Shown in pieces: positions 20,212-29,373 of a stretch of DNA of 64,000 nucleotides. The notes under the pieces are model-generated. The model was not told where the DNA came from, ran no database searches, and saw only the letters and a program-made list of their open reading frames with translations. The position numbers and the translations under genes were made by a program. Every line of letters starts with the position of its first letter. Position 1 is the stretch's first letter. This stretch comes from an uncultured bacterium (GTDB lineage: Bacteria; Zhuqueibacterota; QNDG01; DTFT01): contig CAVTNR010000019.1 of the NCBI GenBank assembly GCA_963736115.1, forward strand, positions 1 through 64,000, read 5' to 3'.

Positions 20212-20257
20212 CGCGGCCCGTTCCGGAACGCTGCGTCCCGCGGACGGAGACGCTGAC

Positions 20258-20572
20258 ATGGTGATCACTTTCGTGCACGCGGCCGTGAAACCGGACCGCG
20301 TCGAAGATTTCAGGCGCGCGACTCTGGAGAACGCGTCGAACAGCGCCCGGGAGCCGGGCGTGATCCGGTTCGACGTGTTCCAGGACAAGGCGGATCCGTC
20401 GCGTTTCGTCCTGGTGGAAATATACCGGACCGTTGAGGATCCGGCCCGGCACAAGGAAACCGCGCACTACAAGTCCTGGCGCGACGCGGTGGCGGACTGG
20501 ATGGCCGAACCACGGAAGGCCGTGCACTACGATCCCGTGTTCCCGGATGAAGTCGGGTGGGTCCGGGCGTGA
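20258..20572 (+). CDS. ABM-domain protein (LsrG/putative quinol monooxygenase family)
   Basis: [28 protein letters not shown]. Confidence 0.85.
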   Translation: MVITFVHAAVKPDRVEDFRRATLENASNSAREPGVIRFDVFQDKADPSRFVLVEIYRTVEDPARHKETAHYKSWRDAVADWMAEPRKAVHYDPVFPDEVGWVRA

Positions 20573-20589
20573 GTTTTTTTGAAAGAAAA

Positions 20590-20725
20590 CCGCGAAAACG
20601 CACGGAAGTGCAAGGAAAAATAAAGGTTTGAATAGTTATTCAAAATAATCCCTCTACAATCAAATCCGTGTTTCTCCGTGATCTTCCGTGGCGATTCTTT
20701 TACCACGGAGACACACGGAAGAGCG
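20590..20725. repeat. Inverted ~10-mer arrays (CACGGA.../...TCCGTG) around an AT-rich spacer
   Basis: GCACGGAAGTGCAAGGA ... ATCCGTGTTTCTCCGTGATCTTCCGTGG ... CCACGGAGACACACGGAA. Confidence 0.6.
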
Positions 20726-20762
20726 GGGAAAAAAGAGAGTATATTATTTTCAAGAAGTTTAC

Positions 20763-21971
20763 ATGAAAGGAGACTCCCCGCGGACCGGTCCGATCGGCGT
20801 GTCCGGATCTCATTTCGAATCTTTTGATTTCATCGCGCCCGGAACCGTACGCTTCGGAATCGGGCGGTTCGTTGAACTGGGACCGGAGGCGTCCAGGCTC
20901 GGCAGGTCCGTCCTGCTTGTATCCGGAGCGCCCGAGTCCGTTGAATCCGCGGCGGTTTCCGGCCTGACCGGATCCGGACTGCGGGTCTCCGTTTTCCGGA
21001 TTTCCGATGAGCCGTCCGTCTCCGCAGTGATGGAAGCGGTGCGGTTGGCGAAAGCGTCGGAGTGCGATGCGGCGGTCGGCATCGGCGGCGGCAGCGCGAT
21101 GGACTGCGCCAAGGCCGCGGCCGTGCTGGCCGCGCATCCGGCCGACCCGGTCGATTACCTTGAAGTTGTGGGCCGCGGCAGACCTCTGGAGATGCCCGGC
21201 CTGCCGGTCATTGCCGTGCCGACCACGGCCGGAACCGGCGCGGAAGCAACATACAACGCGGTTCTGTCGTCTCCGGAGCACCGGGTGAAAGTCAGCCTCC
21301 GAAGCCCGATGATGATGCCGCGTCTCGCGATTGTGGATCCGGCTTTGACCCTGACCTGTTCTCCGGCCGTGACCGCCGCGTCCGGGCTGGACGCGCTCAC
21401 CCAGCTCATCGAACCATTCACCTGTATCAGACCGCATGCGCTGGTCGACGGCCTTTGCCGCGAGGGCATGCGCCGCGCCGCGGCCTCGCTCGGCCGGGCG
21501 GTCGAAGACGGGAAGGACATCACGGCCCGGCAGGACATGTCCATTGCCGCCCTGTTTTCCGGCATGGCCCTGGCCAACGCGAAACTCGGAGCCGTGCACG
21601 GCATTGCCGCCCCCCTCGGCGGACTCACGTCCGCTCCGCACGGCGCGGCCTGCGCCAGGCTCCTCCCGGAGGTCATGGCCGTGAACATCCGTCTGCTCCG
21701 GAAAGGTCCGGATCCGGCCGGTTCCCTCAGGCGTTACACGGAGGCTGCGCGCCTTCTGACGGGCGATCCGTCCGCTGAGGCCGAGTCCGGAACCGAATGG
21801 GCGCGGAGTCTGGTGGAATCGTTCCGAATCCCGCGCCTGTCCGCCTGGGGCCTGAAACCCTCCGATTACCCGGGTCTGGCGGAAAAAGCCGGACGCGCGA
21901 ACAGCATGAAAGGCAATCCCGTGCCGCTCGCGCCGGATGCAATCACTGAGATACTGACCCGTGCGTTCTGA
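20763..21971 (+). CDS. Iron-containing alcohol dehydrogenase
   Basis: GIGGGSAMD, VPTTAGTGAE, GLDALTQ, LGAVHG, APHG. Confidence 0.9.
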   Translation: MKGDSPRTGPIGVSGSHFESFDFIAPGTVRFGIGRFVELGPEASRLGRSVLLVSGAPESVESAAVSGLTGSGLRVSVFRISDEPSVSAVMEAVRLAKASECDAAVGIGGGSAMDCAKAAAVLAAHPADPVDYLEVVGRGRPLEMPGLPVIAVPTTAGTGAEATYNAVLSSPEHRVKVSLRSPMMMPRLAIVDPALTLTCSPAVTAASGLDALTQLIEPFTCIRPHALVDGLCREGMRRAAASLGRAVEDGKDITARQDMSIAALFSGMALANAKLGAVHGIAAPLGGLTSAPHGAACARLLPEVMAVNIRLLRKGPDPAGSLRRYTEAARLLTGDPSAEAESGTEWARSLVESFRIPRLSAWGLKPSDYPGLAEKAGRANSMKGNPVPLAPDAITEILTRAF

Positions 21972-22025
21972 TGGCGGCGCTTCCCGTGCCGCATTCGTCC
22001 GGCGCGGCAGGGCATTCGAGGACGC

Positions 22026-22910
22026 ATGTCTGTCCTGATCGGGCCCGGCACGAAAGTGATGGTCCAGGGTATCACCGGGAAACAGGGTTCTTTCCATAGC
22101 CGCAGGATGCGTGCAACCGGTACGACCGTGGTCGCGGGCACCTGTCCGCGGCATGCCGCGGCCGGTCCGGACGGAATACCGGTATTTACATCGGTGCGGG
22201 AAGCGGTGATGGAAACGGGCGCGGACGTGTCCGTTGTTTTCGTGCCGCCTGCCGCGGCCGGCGCGGCGATCATCGAAGCCGCTGAAGCGGGCATCCGTCT
22301 CGTGATCTGCATCACCGAGGGTGTTCCCCTGCACGACATGTTGAAAGTCCGGGAAGCCCTTTCCGGTCTGACTATCCGCCTTATCGGACCGAACAGCCCG
22401 GGCATTCACGTTCCATCCGTCTGCACCATGGGCATCATTCCGTCCTGCGTCGGTTCTCCGGGGCCGGTCGGCGTGCTGTCCAGGAGCGGCACTCTGCTCT
22501 ATGAAGCCGTCGACCAGATGACAGCCGCGGGCGCCGGACAGTCCGCCTGCATCGGGCTGGGCGGGGATCCGATGCCGGGAACTCGGCTCGCGGAAGGGCT
22601 CACTCTTTTCGCGGAGGATCCCGACACGGAAGCCGTGCTGATGCTCGGGGAAATCGGCGGGTCCCAGGAGGAAGAGGCGGCGGACCTGATCCGCTCCGGC
22701 TTCCCCAAGCCGGTTCTCGCATTTGTGGCAGGCGTGTCCGCGCCTCCGGGCAGGCGCATGGGCCATGCCGGCGCGTTCATCGACCGGGGCAGGGGAGACG
22801 CCCGGTCCAAGATGAAAGCTCTGTCTGACGCGGGCGCAACCGTGATCGATTCGCCCGCGGCCATCGGGGAGGCGGTTCGGGCGTGCATCGGGGAAGGGGA
22901 GTCCGTATGA
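22026..22910 (+). CDS. sucD: Succinyl-CoA synthetase alpha subunit
   Basis: VQGITGKQG, CITEGVP, IGPNSPG, SRSGTL, GEIGG, MGHAGA phospho-His. Confidence 0.9.
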   Translation: MSVLIGPGTKVMVQGITGKQGSFHSRRMRATGTTVVAGTCPRHAAAGPDGIPVFTSVREAVMETGADVSVVFVPPAAAGAAIIEAAEAGIRLVICITEGVPLHDMLKVREALSGLTIRLIGPNSPGIHVPSVCTMGIIPSCVGSPGPVGVLSRSGTLLYEAVDQMTAAGAGQSACIGLGGDPMPGTRLAEGLTLFAEDPDTEAVLMLGEIGGSQEEEAADLIRSGFPKPVLAFVAGVSAPPGRRMGHAGAFIDRGRGDARSKMKALSDAGATVIDSPAAIGEAVRACIGEGESV

Positions 22911-23920
22911 GGGGCTGTTACCGGTCCGTTCTCTTTCTCCTCACGATGATCCTCCTGACCGGGTGCGGACGCGAAGGCGTGAACGGGCCGGAGGAGCCCG
23001 CACGGAAGGACGGCGCCGTCCGACTCAACCCGCCCGTGTCCGGCAGTCTTCAGAATCCGGCCTGGTCGCCGGACGGAAAATCCTTGCTGTTCACGCGTTT
23101 CAGAAACGGATACAATCGCGGCCCTGCGGACATTCTGATCTACACGCTTCCGGAGAGGGACGTTCAGGGCCGCGATTCGGCAGGCGGCGAGATCCGATTT
23201 CTGGTCCGGGACGGATCGGAGAATGTCAATGCGCCCGGCTCTTGCTGGAGCCCTGCCGGCCGGTTCATTGTTTTTTCATCGTCCCGCGACCCGCGAGACG
23301 AGATTTTCCGGATCGGCGAAAACGGCGCGCCCGGGGACGAACGGCGGATCACGGACCGGGAGGGGAAGGCGGGTTATGAACCGACGCTGTCCGCCGACGG
23401 ACTTTGGGCGGTATTCGAGTCGCACGTGCAGGACGTCGAAGGGAATGGGGTTCTTGTGAAAATCAGAATGGACGGGACGGAACCGGCCCGCGAACTCACG
23501 CCGTCCATGGAGGACTGCCGTCAGCCGAACTGGTCTCCGGCAGGCGGCCTGATCGCGTATCAGAAGTTCGAATACGGACAATGGGACATCTGGACCTGCG
23601 ACGAAGCCGGGGGCAGTCACAGGCGGCTGACGGCCGGCGCAGGGGACAAGACGGACGCGTCCTTCTCGCCGGACGGCGCTCGGATCATATGCAGTGTCGA
23701 GAGTCCGCAGGAGGCGGGTGCCGCTCTGACCGCATTTCCGGTATCAGGGGGCGCGGCTGCGGCCGTTACATCCCCCGGATGGTCGGACGGAGCGCCGTCC
23801 TGGTCTCCGGACGGCGGGAAAGTGGCGTTCGAATCGAGAGCCGGGGATCCGGACGGATCTCCCGGGACCGCGTTGTATCTGATCGACGTGAGCACTCGTT
23901 TTCCGCAACCGGAACGGTAG
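22907..23920 (+). CDS. TolB-like (PD40 repeat) lipoprotein
   Basis: LLTGC lipobox; repeated P.WSPDG motifs. Confidence 0.8.
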   Translation: MRGCYRSVLFLLTMILLTGCGREGVNGPEEPARKDGAVRLNPPVSGSLQNPAWSPDGKSLLFTRFRNGYNRGPADILIYTLPERDVQGRDSAGGEIRFLVRDGSENVNAPGSCWSPAGRFIVFSSSRDPRDEIFRIGENGAPGDERRITDREGKAGYEPTLSADGLWAVFESHVQDVEGNGVLVKIRMDGTEPARELTPSMEDCRQPNWSPAGGLIAYQKFEYGQWDIWTCDEAGGSHRRLTAGAGDKTDASFSPDGARIICSVESPQEAGAALTAFPVSGGAAAAVTSPGWSDGAPSWSPDGGKVAFESRAGDPDGSPGTALYLIDVSTRFPQPER

Positions 23921-23985
23921 GATCGCCCGGGCCGAAGGTCCGTACCGGGCGGTGGTGAAAACAGGACTGGGCATGAAAGGCCGGC

Positions 23986-24420
23986 ATGAACGAATCGAAA
24001 CCTCCGAAACCCGAACCCGAATACCGCGGCTGTTTCGCGTGCGGAAGCGACAATCCGCGGGGGATCCATCTGGAACCGCGGGATGAAAACAGCGAAGCGG
24101 TCGCGGTTTTCATCCCGGACGCCGCGCTCGAAGGGTATCACGGCGTCACGCACGGCGGCTTGATCGCCACGGTGCTGGACGAAATCATGGTCTGGTCCGC
24201 CCGATTCGCGGCGGATACCGCGGCTGTCACAGGGGAGATGACGGTACGGTATCTCAAGCCGGTATCCACGGGTGTACGCTACACGGCCAGGGGCAGAGTC
24301 ACGGAAAACAAGGGCCGGCTTATACGGACTGAAGGCACACTTGCGAATGAAGCCGGGGTGATCGTTGCCCGGGCGCAGGCAAAACTGTTCGCAGTCAAAC
24401 AGAAACCCGGAGAACAGTAA
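23986..24420 (+). CDS. PaaI/hotdog-fold thioesterase
   Basis: CFACG.DNPRG, HGGLIATVLDE, VRYLKPV. Confidence 0.87.
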   Translation: MNESKPPKPEPEYRGCFACGSDNPRGIHLEPRDENSEAVAVFIPDAALEGYHGVTHGGLIATVLDEIMVWSARFAADTAAVTGEMTVRYLKPVSTGVRYTARGRVTENKGRLIRTEGTLANEAGVIVARAQAKLFAVKQKPGEQ

Positions 24421-24435
24421 CAATAGAGAATTAGA

Positions 24436-24507
24436 ACACCACGGAATCACACGAGATAAAAAAGATTATATTCAATCAACCATTATCTTCATCCGTGTTC
24501 TTTCGTG
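24436..24507. repeat. Inverted ~10-mer arrays around an AT-rich spacer
   Basis: CACCACGGAATCACACGAGA ... TCATCCGTGTTCTTTCGTG. Confidence 0.5.
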
Positions 24508-24692
24508 ACGCCCAGCGGTGATCTTATACTGACTTGGACAAAGACGGATAATCGGACCGACTTGGTCATTTGGAGAGAATGTCAAACATTCCACGGTATT
24601 TAAGTGTTTGATTTTTATAGATCAATTGTGGTTCCTGCTTGATTTTTATCATAATTTTTCATAATATGCACCCTTTGTTTTATGGGAATCGA

Positions 24693-25541
24693 ATGAATAT
24701 TCGAGAACTGTCCATTCAGACCGTGACCGACACTGTGGCACGGTTATGCATGGAAGCCAATTTTTTTCTCGGCGAGGATATACTCGCGAAACTCAGGGAA
24801 TGCCTGGAACGGGAAGAATCCCCCCTGGGTAAAAGTGTATTGGAGCAGGTTCTCCGGAATGCGGCTGTCGCCTGCGAGAATAAAGTGGCCATGTGTCAGG
24901 ACACCGGTTACACCGTCCTGTTTATCGAGATCGGCCAGGACGTTCATTTCACGGGCGGCGGACTCATGGAAGCGGTTCAGGAAGGCGTACGCCGGGCCAC
25001 CCAATCCGGCCCGCTCCGCAAATCCGTGGTCCGCGACCCTTTGCGCAGGGTCAATACCGGGGACAACACACCGGCAATCGTGCACACGGACATCGTCCCG
25101 GGTGATCGTGTCCGTCTGATCGTCGCGCCCAAGGGCGGCGGCAGTGAAAACATGAGTGAAGTGAAAATGATGGCCCCATCCGCAGGAAGGGAAGGAGTCA
25201 TGGATTTCGTCACGGACCGGGTGAGGCGGTCCGGTCCGAATCCGTGCCCGCCCGTGATCGTGGGCGTGGGACTGGGCGGGACATTCGAGAAATGCGCATT
25301 TCTCGCCAAGAAGTCCCTGCTCCGAACGCTCGGAGAACCGAATCCGGATCCCTATTATGCGGAGATGGAATCGGAACTGCTGGAGCGCATCAACGCCCTC
25401 GGAATCGGCCCCATGGGATACGGGGGCCGCTGTACGGCTCTGGCCGTTCATATTGAGGCGCATCCGTGCCACATCGCCAGCCTGCCCGCGGCCGTGAACA
25501 TTCAATGCCACGCGGCCCGGCACAAGGAGGCCGTGCTGTGA
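24693..25541 (+). CDS. Class I fumarate hydratase/tartrate dehydratase, alpha subunit
   Basis: MCQDTG, NTGDNTP, KGGGSEN, NPCPP, PCHIASLP..VNIQCH. Confidence 0.92.
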   Translation: MNIRELSIQTVTDTVARLCMEANFFLGEDILAKLRECLEREESPLGKSVLEQVLRNAAVACENKVAMCQDTGYTVLFIEIGQDVHFTGGGLMEAVQEGVRRATQSGPLRKSVVRDPLRRVNTGDNTPAIVHTDIVPGDRVRLIVAPKGGGSENMSEVKMMAPSAGREGVMDFVTDRVRRSGPNPCPPVIVGVGLGGTFEKCAFLAKKSLLRTLGEPNPDPYYAEMESELLERINALGIGPMGYGGRCTALAVHIEAHPCHIASLPAAVNIQCHAARHKEAVL

Positions 25542-26104
25542 GCGGTCTTTCCAAGCGGATCCGCACGCCGCTGGGAGAGTCCGAAACAGCGGGCCTGCGG
25601 AGCGGGGACCTCGTCCTGCTCTCGGGCACGGTGTACACGGCCCGCGACGCCGCGCATCAGCGCATGGCTGAAAAGATCCGGCTGGACGAGCCCCTGCCGT
25701 TCGGACTGGCCGGACAGGTGCTGTTCTACGCGGGTCCCGTACCCGCGGCCCCGGGCCGCGTCATCGGATCCATCGGCCCCACGTCGAGCTACCGTATGGA
25801 TCCGTACACCCTTCCCCTGCTCGAGCGCGGGCTGAAAGGCATGATCGGAAAGGGCAACCGGTCCCCCGAGATCGTGGAGGCGATGAGGCGCTGCGGCGCT
25901 GTGTATTTCGCCGCAACCGGGGGAGCCGCGGCGCTTTACGCCGGAACCGTGAAGCGGTCCGTGCTGATCGCGTTCGACGACCTCGGGCCCGAGGCCGTGT
26001 ACAGGCTCGAGGTGGAAAACATGCCGCTGGTCGTTGTCAATGACTGCCAGGGCGGGGATTTGTATCGGGAAGGGGTGGAGAAATATAAAGTTCATAGTTC
26101 ATAG
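25538..26104 (+). CDS. Class I fumarate hydratase, beta subunit
   Basis: YTARDAAH, GPTSSYRM, MIGKG, DLGPEA; stop codon lies inside the heptamer repeat. Confidence 0.92.
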   Translation: MSGLSKRIRTPLGESETAGLRSGDLVLLSGTVYTARDAAHQRMAEKIRLDEPLPFGLAGQVLFYAGPVPAAPGRVIGSIGPTSSYRMDPYTLPLLERGLKGMIGKGNRSPEIVEAMRRCGAVYFAATGGAAALYAGTVKRSVLIAFDDLGPEAVYRLEVENMPLVVVNDCQGGDLYREGVEKYKVHSS

Positions 26105-26256
26105 TTCATGGTTCATAGTTGGAAACAGAAAGCGGGAAATATTTTCAATGAACCATGAACGACGAACTCTATCCTGTCCGAAAGGCCCGCGAAAAGAGGC
26201 GGGCCATTTCGGACCTACAATGCGCTATGAACTCGAAACCATGAACTATGAACCAT
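26089..26256. repeat. Inverted heptamer arrays (GTTCATA)n ... (ATGAACY)n with a nested REP
   Basis: GTTCATAGTTCATAGTTCATGGTTCATA ... ATGAACCATGAAC ... ATGAACTATGAACC. Confidence 0.75.
26175..26219 (-). repeat. GTAG-type REP (family A)
   Basis: TGTCCGAAAGGCCCGC...GCGGGCCATTTCGGACCTACA, same ends as the RAYT-flanking REPs. Confidence 0.75.
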
Positions 26257-26264
26257 TGAGACCC

Positions 26265-27113
26265 ATGCCCCAACTGAACGAAATAACACGCAAGCGCGTG
26301 CTGGCTCCCCAGGTGATATGGTTCGAGCTGTACTGCCCGGACATCGCGTCGCACGCGAAACCGGGCCAGTTCGCGGTTGTGCGCAAGGACGAATTCGCGG
26401 AGCGAATCCCCCTGACCCTGGCGGATTTCGACGCGGCCGAAGGCACAATCGTCCTCATCATTCAGGAAGCCGGCCTGTCCACGAAGAAGCTTTGCGGCCT
26501 GAACGAAGGGGAGCGCATCATGGATGTGCTGGGGCCCCTGGGACATCCGTCTGAAATCGAAAATTTCGGCACCGTGGTCTGCATCGGCGGCGGCGTCGGC
26601 GCGGCGCCGATGTACCCGGTCACGCGCGGCTTGAAAAACGCGGGCAACCGCGTCCTCTCCATACTCGGGGCCCGCTCGAAGGAATTCCTCATTCTCGAGG
26701 AGGAGACCCGCAGGATCAGTGATGAACTGCATCTCTGCACGGACGACGGCTCCTCTGGATTCAAGGGGTTCGTTTCCGGGAAACTGGCGGAGCTCATCGC
26801 ATCCGGGGAGAAGATCGACCGCGTCTGGGCCATCGGTCCGGGCGTCATGATGAAGGCCGTCTGCGACGTGACCCGGCCCGCCGGAATCTCCACCGTGGTC
26901 AGCCTGAACACGCTGATGGTGGACGGAACGGGCATGTGCGGCGGCTGCCGCATCACAGTCGGCGGCAAAGTGAAATTCGTCTGCGTCGACGGTCCGGAAT
27001 TCGACGGACATCAGGTGATTTTCGAAGAACTGCTGAAACGGTCGCGCATGTACGCGGACCGGGAGTCCCGGGCCGCAAGCGAGCATGCCTGCAGGCTGGG
27101 GCTGAAACCATGA
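26265..27113 (+). CDS. nfnA: NfnA/SudB-like FAD/[2Fe-2S] subunit
   Basis: ERIPLT, GPLG, GGGVG, MVDGTGMCGGCR...CVDGPEFD. Confidence 0.88.
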   Translation: MPQLNEITRKRVLAPQVIWFELYCPDIASHAKPGQFAVVRKDEFAERIPLTLADFDAAEGTIVLIIQEAGLSTKKLCGLNEGERIMDVLGPLGHPSEIENFGTVVCIGGGVGAAPMYPVTRGLKNAGNRVLSILGARSKEFLILEEETRRISDELHLCTDDGSSGFKGFVSGKLAELIASGEKIDRVWAIGPGVMMKAVCDVTRPAGISTVVSLNTLMVDGTGMCGGCRITVGGKVKFVCVDGPEFDGHQVIFEELLKRSRMYADRESRAASEHACRLGLKP

Positions 27114-28540
27114 GCGGTTCCGTGAAAAACGACCGGGTCGAAATGCCCAGACAGCCGGCCGCGGAGCGCATCCGAAACTTCGACGAGGTGGCGCTGGGAT
27201 ACTCGGAGGCGGATGCCCGTCGCGAGGCGGACCGGTGCATTCAGTGCAAAAAACCGCTCTGTGTGCAGGGTTGTCCCGTGGACATCGACATACCGCGCTT
27301 CATCCTGCAGATCCGCGAAGGCGACGACGCGGGAGCCGCGGCCACGCTCAAACTGAAAAACAGCCTGCCGGCCGTATGCGGCCGTGTGTGTCCCCAGGAA
27401 GAGCAGTGCGAAAAACTCTGTATCCTCGGCAGGAAGGGCCGGCCTGTGGCCATCGGCAGACTCGAGCGGTATGCCGCGGACCGTGAGACTGAGGCAGGGG
27501 AAGTCATTCCAGCCGTGGCTCCTCGGTCTGCTTCCCGGCCATCCGTGGCTCCGCCGACAGGCAAAAGCGTGGCCGTCATCGGCGCGGGGCCTGCGGGCCT
27601 GGCCGCGGCTGGAGAACTGGCCAAGCTCGGCCACCGCGTGACGGTTTTCGAGGCTTTGCACAAACCCGGCGGCGTGCTCGTCTACGGCATTCCCGAGTTC
27701 CGTCTGCCCAAATCCATTGTCGAGCAGGAATGCGATTTCATCCGGAGCCTCGGCGTGGAGATCCGGTGCAATTTCGTGATCGGCCGGTCCGGAACGGTGG
27801 ACGAACTGCTCCGGTCCGGTTTTAACGCGGTTTTCGTGGGCACCGGGGCCGGTTTGCCCTATTTCATGAACATTCCGGGCGAAAACCTGAACGGCGTCTA
27901 TTCATCGAACGAATTTCTGACCCGGGTCAACCTCATGAAGGCGTACCTTTTCCCGGAATACGACACACCGGTGCATGTGGGCAGAACCGTGGCCGTGATC
28001 GGTGGGGGAAATGTGGCCATGGACGCGGCGCGTTGCAGTCTCAGGCTTGGCGCGGAAACCGTCCACCTGGTGTACAGGCGGAGCAGGGAACAGCTTCCCG
28101 CCCGGGAGGAGGAAATCGAAAACGCGTTTGAAGAGGGTGTCAGGCCCGTTTTTCTGACCGTACCGATCGAAATTCTGGGCGACGAAAACGGCTGGGTGAG
28201 GGGCCTGGAATGCATCCGGATGGAACTGGGCGAGCCGGACGCATCCGGCAGGCGGAAACCCGTGCCTGTGGCCGGCTCCAACCACATTCTGGAGGCGGAT
28301 ACCGTGATCATGGCCATTGGCCAGGGCCCGAATCCTCTGCTGACACTGACCACGCCGGGCCTGGAATTGAACAAGTGGGGCTATATTGTGGCGGACGAGG
28401 CCACTGGCGCGACGTCGAAAAAGGGTGTTTTTGCGGGCGGGGACATTGTGACAGGAGCCGCCACCGTGATCCTGGCCATGGGCGCAGGCAAGAAGGCGGC
28501 AATGTCTATCCACAAGTATTTACAAGAGGATAAGCCATAA
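27110..28540 (+). CDS. nfnB: NfnB/SudA-like subunit (glutamate synthase small-subunit family)
   Basis: RCIQCKKPLCVQGCP, CGRVCPQEEQCE, YGIPEFRLPK, GGDIVTGAATVILAMGAG; coupled to nfnA. Confidence 0.88.
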   Translation: MSGSVKNDRVEMPRQPAAERIRNFDEVALGYSEADARREADRCIQCKKPLCVQGCPVDIDIPRFILQIREGDDAGAAATLKLKNSLPAVCGRVCPQEEQCEKLCILGRKGRPVAIGRLERYAADRETEAGEVIPAVAPRSASRPSVAPPTGKSVAVIGAGPAGLAAAGELAKLGHRVTVFEALHKPGGVLVYGIPEFRLPKSIVEQECDFIRSLGVEIRCNFVIGRSGTVDELLRSGFNAVFVGTGAGLPYFMNIPGENLNGVYSSNEFLTRVNLMKAYLFPEYDTPVHVGRTVAVIGGGNVAMDAARCSLRLGAETVHLVYRRSREQLPAREEEIENAFEEGVRPVFLTVPIEILGDENGWVRGLECIRMELGEPDASGRRKPVPVAGSNHILEADTVIMAIGQGPNPLLTLTTPGLELNKWGYIVADEATGATSKKGVFAGGDIVTGAATVILAMGAGKKAAMSIHKYLQEDKP

Positions 28541-28576
28541 TATTGACAGGATAGCCCATCCCAATCGATTTTAGAC

Positions 28577-28605
28577 TTGACATAAAACGGAGAAATGACT
28601 AAATT
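28577..28605 (+). promoter_or_regulatory. Sigma70-like promoter of the yceD-rpmF-fab operon
   Basis: TTGACA-17 nt-TAAATT. Confidence 0.6.
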
Positions 28606-29135
28606 TGCGTTCACTTGAAATTGGAGAATTACGGATTTCCCTGTCCGACATCCGCCGGGGAATCCAGGATTTCGAGTTCAAATCCAACCGTCCCGAGTTT
28701 CAGGTCGGGATAGCCGGAGAGAAGTCCCGCGAAGTCGGCATCCATGTTCATGTGACTCCGATGGGCGAGGATTTTCTCGTCGAGGTGTCTACTGCGGGCG
28801 TCGGCGATTTCACCTGTGACCGGTGCGGCGAACCCGTGCGTCAGACGCTTCAGGGACAGGTTAAAACCCTGTTCATCAGCGGCCAGCCGGCTGAGGGATC
28901 CGAGGCTTCGGACGAGGTCCGCTTCGTCACCCGGGAAAACCAGACGATAGACGTTCTCCAGGACGCGGTGGACGCCCTGCAACTGGCGGTCCCGGTTAAA
29001 ATTCTGTGCCGGGAATCGTGCCAGGGTCTTTGTACTTCCTGCGGAAAAAATCTGAACGAGGAGCCGTGCGCATGCAGGCGGGAGAACGGGGACGGCCGCT
29101 GGGAAATATTGAAAAATTTGAATTTCGATAAGTAA
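28605..29135 (+). CDS. yceD: YceD/DUF177 protein (start uncertain)
   Basis: CDRC, P.KILCRESCQGLCTSCGKNLN, DGRW; upstream of rpmF. Confidence 0.88.
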   Translation: MRSLEIGELRISLSDIRRGIQDFEFKSNRPEFQVGIAGEKSREVGIHVHVTPMGEDFLVEVSTAGVGDFTCDRCGEPVRQTLQGQVKTLFISGQPAEGSEASDEVRFVTRENQTIDVLQDAVDALQLAVPVKILCRESCQGLCTSCGKNLNEEPCACRRENGDGRWEILKNLNFDK

Positions 29136-29159
29136 AACGGTTCATGAAAGGAGTTTTTT

Positions 29160-29342
29160 GTGCCCCTACCCAAGCACAAACATTCGAAGTCCCGGAGGGA
29201 CAAACGGCGCACGCACCAGAAAATCGCCGCGCCCGGCGTCGGCACGTGCTCGCACTGCCACCACCCCAAGCTGACCCATCGCGCCTGCCCGAACTGCGGG
29301 TATTACAACGGTAAAATGGTTACCGTCCCCAGGGAAGTCTGA
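29160..29342 (+). CDS. rpmF: 50S ribosomal protein L32 (Zn-binding form)
   Basis: PKHKHSKSRRDKRR, CSHC, HRACPNCGYY. Confidence 0.96.
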   Translation: MPLPKHKHSKSRRDKRRTHQKIAAPGVGTCSHCHHPKLTHRACPNCGYYNGKMVTVPREV

Positions 29343-29373
29343 TCCCGCCCGAGCCTGAGGAGCCCCGACACAC

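Noticed and set aside
24608-24625. FNR box upstream of fumarase
   Set aside because: TTGAT and ATCAA are 8 nt apart, not the required 4
27110-28540. Glutamate synthase small subunit gltD
   Set aside because: No gltB nearby; translationally coupled to an NfnA-type gene
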